From: Dimargaris cristalligena
Taxonomy: Eukaryota
Assembly: GCA_003614675.1 (NCBI GenBank)
Contig: ML002226.1
Span: forward strand, 1 to 64,000
DNA length: 64,000 nucleotides
Reading direction: 5' to 3'
The stretch's first letter is position 1. Every line of letters begins with the position of its first letter. The notes beneath the pieces are model-generated. The model was not told where the DNA came from and searched no databases. It saw only the letters and a list, made by a program, of their open reading frames with translations. The position numbers and the translations under genes are program-made. Shown here piece by piece: positions 39,114 to 52,743 of this stretch.

Positions 39114-39733
39114 GGTTATAAATAGGATGAATATTGGGGAAGAAACAAGAGTATGGGAATTGGCAACGTCAATGCTACCCTAATGTATACAGAATAAAAA
39201 AATAATGCAGTAAGCGGCTTTCTCAAGTAGGCTTGGTGGTCTATATCTGGTCACCTCGTCTGACCCAGGTGGGGGCGAGGGGGGTGGATACTCGTACCAT
39301 ATAAAAAAAGAGAGGGCACTGCAGTGCCTCTATCTAATGTGGGTCGAATTCAATGGAATCAACGACCCGAAGCCTGGGCACTCCGTGACTTACGGATGCG
39401 CTTTTCGCGGAGTACGAGACACGGGATTCAGTAACGGTCGTTCTGGTGCTCACAGGCTACTGTATAGACTAAAGAAAGTCCTATGGGTTGTGGGCTATTT
39501 AGGTAAACAAAACATTGTGTCGCGCCACTCAAAGGCAAATGGGCGGTGTTTGAACGAATATTATACTTACCACTCAGTTTTCCCATCGTGTCTGTCCATG
39601 TCATACCGGTCACTTAACTTTTCTTGCCTGATTCACTGCCATTATTTGCCCTTAAGCAACGCATTCTTTACTTCCCCTGCTCCATTCCTTTAGTGACACT
39701 GTTAGACTATACCGTTATTTCGACCTCGCTACC

Positions 39734-40800
39734 ATGACCTCCACGAGCCGATCGCGTCAGAACACCTTAAGGCCCGAACAGTTGAAAGAGATTGAGGAAG
39801 CCTTCAATCTCTTCGACACCGACGGGGACCTTCAGTTGGACTACTACGAGTTCAAGGTAATATAGCTTAACCTGGCGTAGCCATGTCCTCGAGCGACTGC
39901 CAATGGACTCGGCCTACCACTTCTCCCATCCCATGAGGCCGTTTCTTAAGCACGCATTAGACCAAACCAAACCACCCCACTCACTACTGGGCATATCACA
40001 CTCACCCTGACGACTAGGAACCCTTGTTTTTTATTGGTATGCTAATCGCACTGTATCCTCCCTCCTCTACCCAACTTTGGCATTACTATTGTGGGGTTTA
40101 TTTGATGGACTTTAGGTTGCCATGAAGGCCCTTGGCTTTGAGGTACCCAAAAGCGATGTCCTCAAATTGCTAAAGAGGTACGACCATCCCAACGGCCAGA
40201 AAATCTCACAAAAAGACTTCCAGGAAATTAGTAAGTCGCTCTTATTGAATCTCCTTTATGCTATCTTTACTCGCGGGATGCGCGACTGTTTACGCCCAAA
40301 AGTAGAGTACTAATCGCCGCAATTATTGATGTTACCATGTATGAACTGGCGTCCTGATTCCTAGTGATTGAGAAGATTCAAAAGCGGGACCCGATGGAAG
40401 AAATCAAGCGGGCGTTCAAGCTATTTGACAATGGTGAAAAGGGGAAAATCAACTCAAGTGACCTGCGTCGAGTGGCTGAGGAACTGGGCGAAACTATCGA
40501 CGAGCAAGAGCTACACGCCATGATTAAGGAATTCGACCTCGATGGTGATAACGCCAGTAAGTTGGACTGACAATGGTCAGAATCTATTACTATAAGGATG
40601 CCTATGCCGCTACTAATTGATTTAGTGGGTATAGGTCTTTGATTCGCCATCTGATATACACATTTTTATGGCCGACTTGACTAATCAAACGTGCTCTATT
40701 ATATTTGATTATTACGCCATACAATCCGGGCGGGACATACACGGCACCTATTATACCAGTCAACTTCGAGGAATTCGCGGCGATTATGCGTGAAGTTTAA
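39734..40800 (+). CDS. CDC31: Centrin (EF-hand spindle pole body protein); exons 39734-39856, 40116-40230, 40365-40556, 40760-40800
   Basis: EIEEAFNLFDTDGD..LDYYEFKVAMKALGFE, RDPMEEIKRAFKLFD, LRRVAEELGE, MIKEFDLDGD. Confidence 0.93.
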
Positions 40801-42416
40801 TAGAATCTTTCCGCGAAAGCGACTTCCAACAGGGACACTACGCTGCTTCTATATTTATAATGAATATCACCTAGCTGAATGGATTTGCGTCACCCAACCA
40901 GTTGTACCTACTCTATAAATAAGTTAATATTTTATCCACCGGAGCAACACCACTACATACGTAAGGGGGATTTTATGTAAATTACGTCTTCATAGACCTT
41001 AGAAATGTTATATTAGTAACCCAATCACTGCCGGGTCTCCCGGCTAGTTTACAGTTGGGTGCCCCCATAACTAAGGCGGCATGGAGGGTATGACCTGGCC
41101 GATTGTGCCCATTGAGCGGACAGTCCGTAGGGATAGATTGTAAACGAAATAATTCCCTGTAAAAAACCCTACCTCCATGGCCTTTTTTTAATATAGATTT
41201 ATATCACCCCGACCCCATGCTTCTTCCAAAGGGTATCCCAAGATAAACCGGCATTTCCCAGCCTCGATTTGTTCAATGGCGCAAGTAGCCCACAATATAT
41301 TCGATTGAATTAAATTGGTTGTACATTAAGGGAATTCTGCCCTTCGAATGGAATACGTTGGTGCTCTAGTGCAAGAAGAGGGGAGGCGTAGAGTGGATCA
41401 ACGGGGATTAACCACTTGGCACAGAGAACATCTCCTGTAGGCGCACCCACTGTATTGGCCGAGTGTGGAGGAGGATGAACTTGGTTAAGTCCCATATAGA
41501 TGTTCGCTAGGCTTGCAAGTAATCTTTTGGACTGCTTATCCCAGCAGGGATATGGTTATAAAAGGGCGCGTGTTATATAAATAGAACCCCCAATAAATAC
41601 ATACGGCATTTTTACTATTATAGCCGCGGGAAATGGAGCCGCAAAAGGTTCAATAGACTAGTCTTTTGGTCCATTGGAAACTTAATGGACGACCGGTGAA
41701 GACCGCCAGTATTAGTAGTAGTTAGTGCCTTCTCCACGGCATTGGTTTGGTTTGGCACCCAAGCTATATCTGTGCTGTGGACATCATTTGTATCGCGTAA
41801 TCGAACCAAGGGGGATGAAAAGCACCGACAATCATTGGTGACAATTTGGTAGTCGGACCTTGATTTAGAGGCAAGCGTTTGGTTTGACCCCACTGACCCA
41901 TCTAGTGACCTCCCCCGTGTGTGCGTGTCGGTTTGACTTTATTTATCGGTGGATCAATGGGCCAGCCATTTGTTTAATAGCAAACTCCCCTGGTTTCTGT
42001 AAGTTCCCAATTGCAGCATATCATCCCCCCATACACACCACTCACCAAGTCCTTAATCACCCCGGCTTAGTAGGGAAAGAGCCACTACTCCACCTGCTGT
42101 TCTTTGCCAACGATAGACACCCCTTGCCGCATTGCCCTTGTCCCAGCCTTTTCACGCTTCGCCACCCTTGTCCGCCTCCAAGCCTCTCTCCTCCTTTCAT
42201 TGCCACACCTCTCAACCTTTTCCTTCATATCCCCCGCTCTTTAAATAATTTCGCATTCCTTCGCACAGTTTCCTCTTGAAGCTTCCCTATTCAGTTTCAT
42301 TCTTCCTCTTTTGTTATACCGCTCAGTTTGAGTATATTTCCTTCCCCTCCCACTTTTATCCAAACCTCACACAGCCGCCAGTTGCCTAGTTTTAGTACCA
42401 TCCACCCTCCCAAGCC

Positions 42417-44405
42417 ATGTCATCGGAGGACCTCCACTACTATTCCCGCGCTCTGGACTACAATCGCCCAGTCGGGCACCATGCTCCTCCGCCCCGGCAC
42501 CCGGACGACCCCGCCAGCCCATCGGCCGCGACCTATAATCAAGCGGGCATTACCCGGTCGCTCGGGGCCGGTCGGCGTCGGGTCTCCAATACCGACCGGC
42601 GGGGCGGGTATCGCCAACAGGTGATGCTCGGGGGAGTCGGCAATTATCTCGACCACGGGGCGCAACTAGGAGGGGAGCACTACTCCCAAGGTGCTGCATC
42701 CCCTACTTCCCATGACCCCGTGTCCCCCGCGGGGATGGTTCCCCACCCTCCTCCAGGGAACCACCGGTACTTGTACCACCAGGATTCCAGCCCCCAGGGT
42801 TCGCCCCGGGCCCAGCGCATTCAATCGGCCGACCGTATAGTCCCCTCCACCTCCATGGCCGCCCCTTTTCCTAAACCCTCCATCTCTACCCAGGCATCCC
42901 TACGCCGCTCCACCGAATATCCCACGAAAGCCCGCGATAGTTCTGGCCCATCGTCGCCCACCGAAGGCTGCGTCTATGTCCAGTGCCGTTCACGCGTCAA
43001 GAAAGTCCGGCCGCCCACTCTACCGAGTGTGGGCCTGGTCACTGACTGGCTAGTGACTCTATACCAGGACACCTTCCAGGAATACAGCGTCAATAGCGAC
43101 TACATTCCCTACATCTGCCAGCCCCAATCGCTCACGGCCTACGAGCTGGAAGACATTAATGATCTCGGCTCCGGCTGTACGCTAAAGTTTAATTTGGATG
43201 ATGCGGTTGCGATGCAGCCCACCCCACCATCTGTGACAGACACCCTGGCTACGCAAGTGGCCACCATCGGATCGGAAACCAAGAAAATCAGCGATTTATT
43301 ACAGGCCTTGGAACTGACCCAGACCACCCGGTACGAGCAAATCATGGACCGGTTTAATGCCGCGCCGCGGGCCGAAAGCCCCTCCTCCTCCGCTGATTCC
43401 CAGCGCCTGGCCCGAGTCGCCTCCCCCTTGTCGACTCAGGCCTTGGAGAAGGAGCTTAAAACCACCCGGCAGGAGCTGAGTGTGCTGCGCCAGACCCACA
43501 GCCAATACCGCTCGGAAACGGAGTCCCTCCTGACCGAAATCCGCCGGGAGTACGACGCCATGAAACAGACCCTGGCCAAGGCCCCCAGCGCTCTCCGCGC
43601 CCTCATCGAAAGCGGTAAAACCAAACTGGGCAAATCCGCCGACGAAATCGCGGCCCGTAACGACGAGCTCCGTACCCTCATTGACTCGATCCGCCAGGAT
43701 ATCACCCAGCATCGGTCCCGCGCTAGCCCCAAGATCATGGCGTTCATCGAACGCGAGTGCGCGGCTATTGAAAAGGAGCTAGCGGACCACCTGGCGTTTG
43801 TGGAGGACGTGAAGCCCGTCTGGAAGAACGCCTGGGAGGATGAATTGCAGAACATCATGGGGGAACAGCTGTTCGTGAAGGACCAGCAGGCCCTCCTCGA
43901 GGACCTCCAGCACGAGAACAAAGTCATGCACAAGTTTTACCAGCAACTTAAGCAATACGCCACGATCCAGCTAACGGCCGGCGAGGATGGGGCCGGGGGC
44001 GCGCGGTCACCCCGGATTATCGAGGTGGCTCCCCCGGAGGACGGCGCCATGATTCTGCAGGACGTCTTCCAGGAGATTCACTGCATCGACGTGAATTCCC
44101 AGAAACGCCTGGAGGCATTCGAACGGGCCCAGAAGGTCCGCCAACGGGAACTGGAGGCCCGCACCAACGAATTCGAGGAGGAACTGTCCGGGTTCGTGCG
44201 GGACCAAAAGCTCCGCAAAACCGGGGGTACGGAGGAACTCGAGCGGCGGCGGGAAAAGAAGGACCGTGAAGTGCTCCGCCTCATGGACGAAACGCAAAAG
44301 CAATTGCTCGAATACCAGCGGGAACAGCGTGTGCTGCGTCAGAAACAAAAGGCGGAGCAGCAGCGGCTGTTGAAGGAGCAACAGTCGGCGCTGTCCGGTG
44401 TGTAA
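42417..44405 (+). CDS. BUD6: Actin-interacting polarity protein Bud6/Aip3
   Basis: Intronless 662 aa ORF with AIP3 motifs KPVWKNAWEDELQNIMGEQ and EFEEELSGFV...KLRKTGG.EE.ER.R. Confidence 0.88.
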   Translation: MSSEDLHYYSRALDYNRPVGHHAPPPRHPDDPASPSAATYNQAGITRSLGAGRRRVSNTDRRGGYRQQVMLGGVGNYLDHGAQLGGEHYSQGAASPTSHDPVSPAGMVPHPPPGNHRYLYHQDSSPQGSPRAQRIQSADRIVPSTSMAAPFPKPSISTQASLRRSTEYPTKARDSSGPSSPTEGCVYVQCRSRVKKVRPPTLPSVGLVTDWLVTLYQDTFQEYSVNSDYIPYICQPQSLTAYELEDINDLGSGCTLKFNLDDAVAMQPTPPSVTDTLATQVATIGSETKKISDLLQALELTQTTRYEQIMDRFNAAPRAESPSSSADSQRLARVASPLSTQALEKELKTTRQELSVLRQTHSQYRSETESLLTEIRREYDAMKQTLAKAPSALRALIESGKTKLGKSADEIAARNDELRTLIDSIRQDITQHRSRASPKIMAFIERECAAIEKELADHLAFVEDVKPVWKNAWEDELQNIMGEQLFVKDQQALLEDLQHENKVMHKFYQQLKQYATIQLTAGEDGAGGARSPRIIEVAPPEDGAMILQDVFQEIHCIDVNSQKRLEAFERAQKVRQRELEARTNEFEEELSGFVRDQKLRKTGGTEELERRREKKDREVLRLMDETQKQLLEYQREQRVLRQKQKAEQQRLLKEQQSALSGV

Positions 44406-45881
44406 CGTATGCTAACTCCAACCAGGCGGTTTCCAGCCCCGCATCCACACATACCTGTCGCCTTTTCCTTATATATTTTTTTTAAAATAGTTTATTCATT
44501 ATTACTTAGCCGCCGTCATTGAGCGACTCGGTCTTACTTAATCATTCTCGCCTCTTTATAATATTTACATCGTATCCCCCTCTCTTTTTTCGTTTGTGGA
44601 GATGGGTTGAAATGTTGCTTCAATTACATTGACCACCAATCCCACCCTTCCAATCCATAAACTTATTTACTGTGGACCTATAAATGTCCCTTATTCCCCC
44701 CTCCTAACCTTCATTGCACTCGCAGCGCCGCCTATTTTCCCAAAGAAGCAAATATCTAGGCTGACCCACCTATCCTTCTAACTCGACGAAATCCTCACCC
44801 TCCTCTCAAATACCGTACACTATTTTATTCATACAAATTGCCCTGTTTTTCTTTAATATTTTTATTCTGGCTCCCTTAGGGGCAACATTTCTTCCATGCA
44901 ATTCCCTGCTTTAGGTTTTTGCCTTAGTGTCGTACGCTCACATTCCCCCCTTCCTCCATTGTTTCGACCTTTAGAGATTTTTTTTTTTTCGTTTCAATAT
45001 AAATAAATATTGTCCATCTGGTTTCAAAGAGTTTGATGCAATGCATTTGGCGGACGGGGCTTTCCGGGCCACCAAAAAAATTTGCGTTAATTGCCATATA
45101 CCAGCCAAACAGCTGATATCCCCAAGAAATATAATTATATGCCCATGTATATACCATTCGGTACTTATAGAAGCGAATAGAGTGACTGAATTACATTGGC
45201 CACTGGCAATATCATCCATGCTTTTATACTGGCCATTGGCAATAGCGCAGCCATGTTAGTTGAATTACCAACTAGGCTTCGGCCTCAGCTATCTATGAGT
45301 GACCATCCTAATGGATACAGCGCACTGTAGTAAACACAGAAGGACAGATGGAGGTGATAAAATGGAAATGGCGTTTATTTTTTCAAAAAAATAAAAACAA
45401 AACTCAAAAAAATTGAAATTCCGAATAAAAGCGAGCCTAAGCTATGTTATCAAACAATATGGGGGGGGGGGATAATAATCAATAGGGGGTTTTGAAATAG
45501 ACCGAGGTTGATTAAGATGATGGCATGCGACCAGGTTAATAAATCCATCCATGATAGACCTCATGAGGGTATGTATATATTTAAATGTATAAACCGCAGT
45601 GTAAAGGAGAAGGGTACTATGTGTGAAGCTGAAATGATAGGAATTGAAGGGGGGAAGGGATAGGTGAAGGAGGAAGGAAGAGGGGCCTGTTGGTCAAGAA
45701 ACAATCAACAAGGGCATTGGGAAATTTCGAAAAAATAATAATAATCCGGCATGCCTTGCCGCTCGACCCAGACCCGACGGACTCGTCAAACATAGTGATT
45801 AAACGAGGGGGTTAGAAAGTAAACCCGAACCAAACCAAGATCAGACGAGATAAGGTGCGATAAAGAAGGCCGGGAGGCAAG

Positions 45882-48800
45882 CTACCACTCGGTACCCTCC
45901 ATCTGGAACGCCTGAGCAAAGGCAAAGTACCGCGTCACCAAACGGTGCAGCGGCGGCGCCAAGTTCATGGAAATCAGCACATTGTGAATTTTGGACAAGC
46001 CGTGCTCCCGAATTAACGTGGCCACATGGGCGGCGGTCGCTGAGGGGTAGACCATTTCGTTGTACCACCGTTCCTGGTAGATGGATAATTGCACCACGGC
46101 ATTGAGGGCCATTTGGAGGTTGCCCTCTTCGGTGTAGAGGGTCAGGAGCTGCAACCAGGGCTTGGGTGAAAACCGCTGTTGGACGCTGTGGATGTAGGCT
46201 TCCTTGGACTCGGCCTTGTAGAGGAGTCGCCAGGCCAGATCACCCAGGGCTTCCCATTCGGCTGCAGTGTGCCGGAAGGTCGACTGCGGGTTAGCTTGGG
46301 AGCGGTAGATTTCTGACATGGAATCAATATAGGCCCGCAGATCTTCGTATAGCACCATGAATAAATTATCCAACCAGCGTTCGCACAGCCGCTTGTGGTG
46401 GATCGAACCAATGGGGTCGCGGTGCGTGGCCGCAGTGGCCAGCGGGGGTTGCTTTTCCGGGAAAGCCTCGGCGAGGTCGGTCGGGCGAGTGGCGGACTCC
46501 ATGACGATAGTTCCATTCCCGTTCTCGGCTTCCCGTTCCTCAATGTCGGCCGCCGTCGACTCGGGGCCAGTCGCAGTGGCAGTCAACAGGGTAGCGGCCG
46601 GAGCCGTGAGGGTCGCAGGGGATGGGTCAGCGGATGTGGGGCTATCGGGGGACCGGTCCTTCGGCGGAGGGGACGGTGGCACTTCCGAGTTATCGGCATG
46701 TATATCCACGCTTTCTAGCGATTGGTTGTCATCCAAATCCACGGATTCGGAAGGGGTGATGGGCTCAGTAGCAGCCGGCGCTTCATCGTCGCTGATCATA
46801 GCAACGTGGCTTTCCAGGCTCGCGGGGGGGACAAATGGCTTAGGTTCCACCGCGTCAAAAGCATCCTCAAAGGTATCATCCATGGAGTCGGTTTGGGCCA
46901 TGGCGACCCCCAGTGGGCGGTCGTCGTCCAGGGCCAGATCCTCCAGCCGGCGATCCAGGTCCGACGTAAAGCCACCCGATGGGGAAGCGGGGGCGGGGTT
47001 GGACTGAGAGGGGACTGCCTCCGAGTCGGCTTGGGGATCCGTTGAGGTGGGGCCGCCATGGTTCGTTGGGGCGGCCGGTGGGGGGACCGCTTCCTCCCGG
47101 GCCTTCTGTTGCCGATATTCATCTTCCATCACGAATACCGACGAGCGGAGGCGCAGCAGCTCATCCCAGCCCACTTTCTTGACCAGCTGGGCCAGGAAGG
47201 CGTAGGCCTTGGCGAAAGTGCCCCGCAGACTGGGGGCCGGCAGCCGGAGCAAGTACGACTCGGAGGGGTCCACGGTTTTAGGTTCGTAATCGGAAAGGTC
47301 CATGACGGCACTCAGGTCCATTTTGGTCGGAAGGTGAATTTTGGCCGACTGGGGCATACGGGGGTAGTCCTTATCGGTGAAAGTGAACATGGGGCAGGAA
47401 TTCAGGGTAAGTAGGGCCAGTTCAAACTGATCGGACTCGATGTACATTTCGGTGAGTTTGGCCCAGGCCAGGAACTCGGAGGGAGCGGTTTTGACGGCAA
47501 ACTTGGCCAGCTGGATAGCCGAATTGTACCTTTTCTTGCGCTTCAGGAAATCGGCCTGTGAGTGAAGCAGGGGGTAACTAGCCGGGTGTTTCTGGAGGGC
47601 TTCATGCAGAATCTGAACTCCCTTGACCTCCTGGTTGGCCCCAAAATAGCAGTTGGCGAGCAGGGCACCAACCTCGGCGTCGCGGGCGTAGAGCGCTTTG
47701 AAAAACTCGGCCGCGGTATCAAACCGGCCGCAGTCTTCAAAGTACTTCATAAGGCCATCGTTGAGGTGGTTGCGTACGGTTGTGGTCATTTGGACTTCGG
47801 AGTTGGACCCTAGCTGCCAGCCTAATCCACGGGAAGGCATTGGGAGCGAGCACGGCAAACAGACGCAAAAGTATTAGTAAATGGGATTAAAAAGAGGTAT
47901 TTAGACGGCAGTGGAAGGAATCCCAAGGAAACGTCAACTATCGACATAAATAGTGGCAATCATAGGAATGTATCTGGAGTAGTTCATCAGGAGGGGACGG
48001 CATTTCAATTAGTATCACCATCAACGTACCATTCCAGTAGAGGGCGCTGCATGATTCCAGAAATTTGTTTTCCATCGACAAAGATGTAATGGGATACACC
48101 CGGCGCAGTGCGTGCAGGCGGTACCCACTTTCTTCGGAATATAAGACGGCCCGCAACATGGCTGATACGTGGCACTCCTGCCAAATCTGGGGGGTAGGTT
48201 CCAGCCGTTCGCCGCGTGGGGTTACAATATAACAATCCACTCCGCCAGGGATTTTCACTTCAACACGAACGTCCACATGGGAGAATGCGTTGTAGCAGCT
48301 AATCACAATGTATAATATAGGGGAGAAGGGGGCCATAGATGCAGTAAGTAAGTGTACCTCTTGTATCTAACAATTGAATCGGCAATGCGTGGCTGGTAAA
48401 TATATTCCCTTTCCATATCCGTAAAGTCTTAGTAAAGCCCCCGGACCTAGGTGATATTGCTGGACGGCTAAGGCGGTCTACTTACCAAAAAATACCTGAT
48501 CGAATTTTCCAAGTCGAAGATTTGCTAAACCAGCCTTGGGTATCGTCAACGGAGTAAGTAAGCGAATTGATGTAAGCGGCTAAACTCGCGGACGACGAGG
48601 CATCCACTCCGAGCACATTATGGTAGGAACCCGTCTGGATGAGTCGAAGGGAGGTTTCAATGAAAGGGGAATGATGGGTTAGATAAAAATAATGGATGGA
48701 AACCCAACAGCAACTAATTAGGATTGAACCCTGACTGCCATTTAGCGAACATTATATATCATGGCGCTTACCTCGCGAGAAGCGGACTTGTTGGCGACGT

Positions 48801-49110
48801 TGACTTTGGTTACGTGACAAAGATCGGGGGGACCCAGATCGCGAAACGCCGCTAAATCGATCAAGGTGTAGGTTTCGGGGGGTGTAGGAGTCACCGATAG
48901 TGGTTTATAAATATATATATATTTGTAAATTAGTTTTAATAAGTTAGGGGGATCGTTTTAGGGCGTCCTTAATGAGACCATGTAATGAGGAGAAACGAGT
49001 CAAGTTCGATCAAGTTGCATATACTTACCCAGAGATTCTGTCCGAACGGACAGCGATTCCCCGAGCTCGTTTTCGAAAAACTCGGGCACGTCACGCAGGG
49101 TATCGGCCAT
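45882..49110 (-). CDS. ChAPs-family exomer cargo adaptor (Bch1/Bud7/Chs6-like); exons 49110-49029, 48851-48772, 48634-48486, 48298-48030, 47821-45882
   Basis: DLGPPDLCH, GVDASSSASLAAYIN, CCYNAFS.VD.RVEVKIPGGV, ALLTLNSCPMFT, KRLCERWLDNLFMVLYEDLR. Confidence 0.93.
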
Positions 49111-50814
49111 ATTCAAGTTGAGTCGTCAAGCTATTAATGCGACTCCAATGGGTCGATTAGTCGGGTATCTATGTAAGGATTGGGATTATTAAGACATGGT
49201 CCAGGAATGTATCGCATAATCGAACCAAATGGTATAGGTTAGTTCGAAAATTGAGGTACTTGAAACCTCAAAAGATGGTGTATCAATTGGATTGGGCCGG
49301 TTATCCACGATATTCGGGCAGACACGTTCCCGCTGGGATCCTTTCGAGCTGGCGGAGGTGTGCGCATTAGAGAGCCAGCCGGAAAGGAAAGAAATCACAC
49401 ATAACCCAATGTGGCCTTTCGGGGGAAGTGGCTCCGGGGACATCCGAGCGGCCGGATGCGTGGAGCCAAGACTGTCGTCATCCGACTGGGCCTTACGAGA
49501 TGAACAAAGTAGAGTACGTACGAGATGGGCAATGCAGTTTGGGTTGGGCACGATAAATGACTGAGCGGGGCTACTTGAAAGAGAACGCCTGGACAATCGA
49601 AGAGTCAAGAAACCGAAGGAGGAGAAGCAGGCTAGGCAAACAAGCTGGTAAGATGAGGAAGAAGGAAGTAGTAGGCAACACGCGGGAGGAATTCAGAGAG
49701 TTCCGGGCCAAGTAAAGCAGAAGGACGGGGAGTAGTTTGGCCAATTGAGTGAGGTAAGGGGAGTTAAGTTCAGTTGGTTTCCTCGTGGCCTGCTGGTTTA
49801 ACGTAGCCAGCCGCTCTTCTCCCACTAAGAAATTCTTAGCCAAGATGAGAGAGAGAGAGAGAGAGAGTTGGCTGGAGCCCAGCCATACATACCTTCTATT
49901 TCGTATGTTCTTTCTTTTCTTAATGATAGGACTGACAGGGCTGGTAAACCAACAGTTCCTCCCCCCTTCATCTATTTTATGGCCTGTATATTGAGCCCCG
50001 GCTGGTTAAAATTACACTAAGGTAAACTCTAGTATCCACGCTAGGCTGAAGGTTAAGTGGACTTAGGCCAGCTAGCTACACCTGGCACGTTTAGACCCCG
50101 AGATATTGCAGTTGGGTATTAACGGTGTGCCTCACACTCCCCCCAGTATTTCCCCAACAGGCCATTAGGCCGGCCATATATTGTGAGGATGGGCCACGCC
50201 GATCAGTGGTCACTCCGACCTTTCTACAATGACCGATTCCATCTCCCAATCCTTAATACACTAAAGTGCTGAACCCACTTAAAAAATTAAGTGCAATGGG
50301 CGACTCTCCATCAATCCGACTAAGTATAATTTAAGTCTACATTAAAATTGAAGATAAATGGCACAGGAAGGGCTAATAAGTTATAGGGCTATAAACATAC
50401 ACAGGACAGTATCAGTGGTGCATAGTAATCAAAGATATATAATAATAGGGTTTGGGCGATTAAATATAAAGTGGGGTGGTCGAGGAATTCCTCGCCAACA
50501 TACCAACAACAGGCACGAATTAGGGGGGACTATCCCCCTCTATGCATCCATAATCCGAAATAAATCCCGTACTAAGGTACTCGAAAACATTTTAAGGCTC
50601 GATTAGCAATGAAGCCATGAAAAAAGAAGGTCGACTATGGGATAGCTCCGCGGGCAGGGATGAGATATGGGGTAGGAGCAGCAATCACCAGGTACTATCA
50701 GCCATCATTATCATCATCATCCTGCAGGCTACACCGTCAATTAGAAGTAAGAGGCAGTAGAGAATCTGCTGGAGGTATCCCATCATGCATGATGATGGAC
50801 CCAGAAAGGAAGTT

Positions 50815-52743
50815 TTAAAGGAAGTCCTTTTCATCGAGGCGATGGTGAAGCACAGGCAGAATATTCCGAAGGTATTTGATTTCGTATTTGTGGTGTTTGC
50901 GCAGGTAGAACAGACGCATTGACTGAGTGAGCAGGATAAAGCCGTAGCACCCGACAGCCGTCAGAGCGTGCCACCAGCCGTGGAACTGCAGCACCACGGC
51001 CCATGGCATACCCACGGTGTGACGCAGCTCCTGCAGTGCCGAGCAAAAGGCGTTGTCCAGGTTCCACATGGCGAACCCACTCAGAAAGGTGCAAGTGCTG
51101 AACCGCGCCAGTCGGGAAAGCTGGCGCTTGTATTCACCCTCGGGGATACGGCCCAGTAGCTGGACGATACGCAGTAGGATGACCACCATCTCCAAGCCGT
51201 AGGCTACTTGGTGGAACACGGGGTTGGGGCTTGAGATGTACGTGAAGGTGACGAAGACGCAGTAGGCCAGCAGTCCGGCGATAAGTTTGGCATTGTATTT
51301 CCGGGTACTGTCCATCTCGATCCTGGTGGGTGAAATAAAGCAAGGGTATTAGAAATTGTGGGTTTGCCGGTTAGTCATAGGGAGGAAACTCGGATCATCA
51401 GCCCAGGGATCAGGTAATTGGGGGCCTCCTCTATAGGCAATTTAACTTACAAGGCGTAGAGGCAAATACAAGTGGCGTAGATCACTATAGGGCAGGCGGG
51501 ATAAAGAATACAGTATGGCTGGGGTTAGTGGTACATCCTTCGGCTACCAGTTAACATGGAAAATTTGAGGCACCCAACAAAGTAGGGGCGAAGCAAAGGC
51601 GTTTGTTCCGAGGGTTAGGGCCAGGGTACTTACTAGGTAATTCGTCCATCAACTGCATCTCGAAATGCAGGGTGGTGTGGAACAGACAGCTAGGCATCGA
51701 ATAATGCGGCAGATAAGGATAGAAAGCAATCGAGTTAGTGTCAGGGAATGGGGTAGGTGTTAGTGCATCCGCTCCGAAGTTTGTACTAAGAAGGATTGCG
51801 GACTAATGGGTTGAGAAGGCAGCCTAAAAAAATAGATATCCAGGGGGAGGGGTGTACCTTACCTGCCAATTCCCACCAGTAGCATCCCGGCGTAGCACAC
51901 GGCGAAGCGGGTTTCCATTTGGTATTTGCGAATAAAATAGATCCCGAGAGCGGCCAGGCCGACTGTTAGAAAGCGGAATGAGGATGGTACATATCATTAG
52001 GGGCGATTAGTATGGCGATGTCTGACCACACAAGCAGGTTTAATGAGCAGGAAATCAATAAATTAGAATAGAATAGATAAACAGGGAATACCCCCAAAGG
52101 GGGTCTCTCTGACGCAGGGGCGGGTAAAATGAACTTACGGTAGCAAGTGTTGGTCATGGTGTTCCAAAACTCGGCTACATAGGGGCTGGTCAGGTAGTTC
52201 TCCTGAAGGTATTCGGGGAGGGATGATAATCATTAAGGGGAACAGATGTTGAAGGAGCTTGGGTTTAGATTCTACATGTAGCTTTAGTGAATGGGTGATT
52301 AGCACCAGAATAACACGCCATGAATGATAATCCCGCCGATATGAATACGGTCCCAAATCAGCCAATTACTACTTACCTCACACCAATCAAGAGTAGACGT
52401 TCTGGGGGGAATAGATAGATATAAGCAATAAATATGGAAAGAAAGAGCGGATTGATTAAACAAGAGAATGAGAGATATATAAGTAGATAGATAAAAATGG
52501 CGGGAATGCTTAAAACAAAGAGTATATGCGCATACAAGCGCCTTCCATGATACCCCGATTCACTTTATTCATACTGGTCTGGTCAGAACCATAGCCAATA
52601 CTAACTGCCTAGAGTCGATAAAGTACAGTTCGCGAAGTAGACCCTACAGGTACTTACGGTGGGCCCCAGTATTGCAGGGGAGGGTCCTCGAGGAAAACGG
52701 CAGGGCCCTCGGGGGCGGCCTGGAAGGAATCGTTGGGGTTCAT
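50815..52743 (-). CDS. Alkaline ceramidase (Ypc1/Ydc1/ACER3 family), 7 exons (52743-52658, 52401-52377, 52202-52139, 51962-51863, 51689-51634, 51484-51451, 51322-50815)
   Basis: YWGPPTSTLDWCEENY..SPYVAEFWNT, GIGS.LFHTTL.FEMQLMDELP, WNLDN.FC, HGWWH; all phases consistent. Confidence 0.93.
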
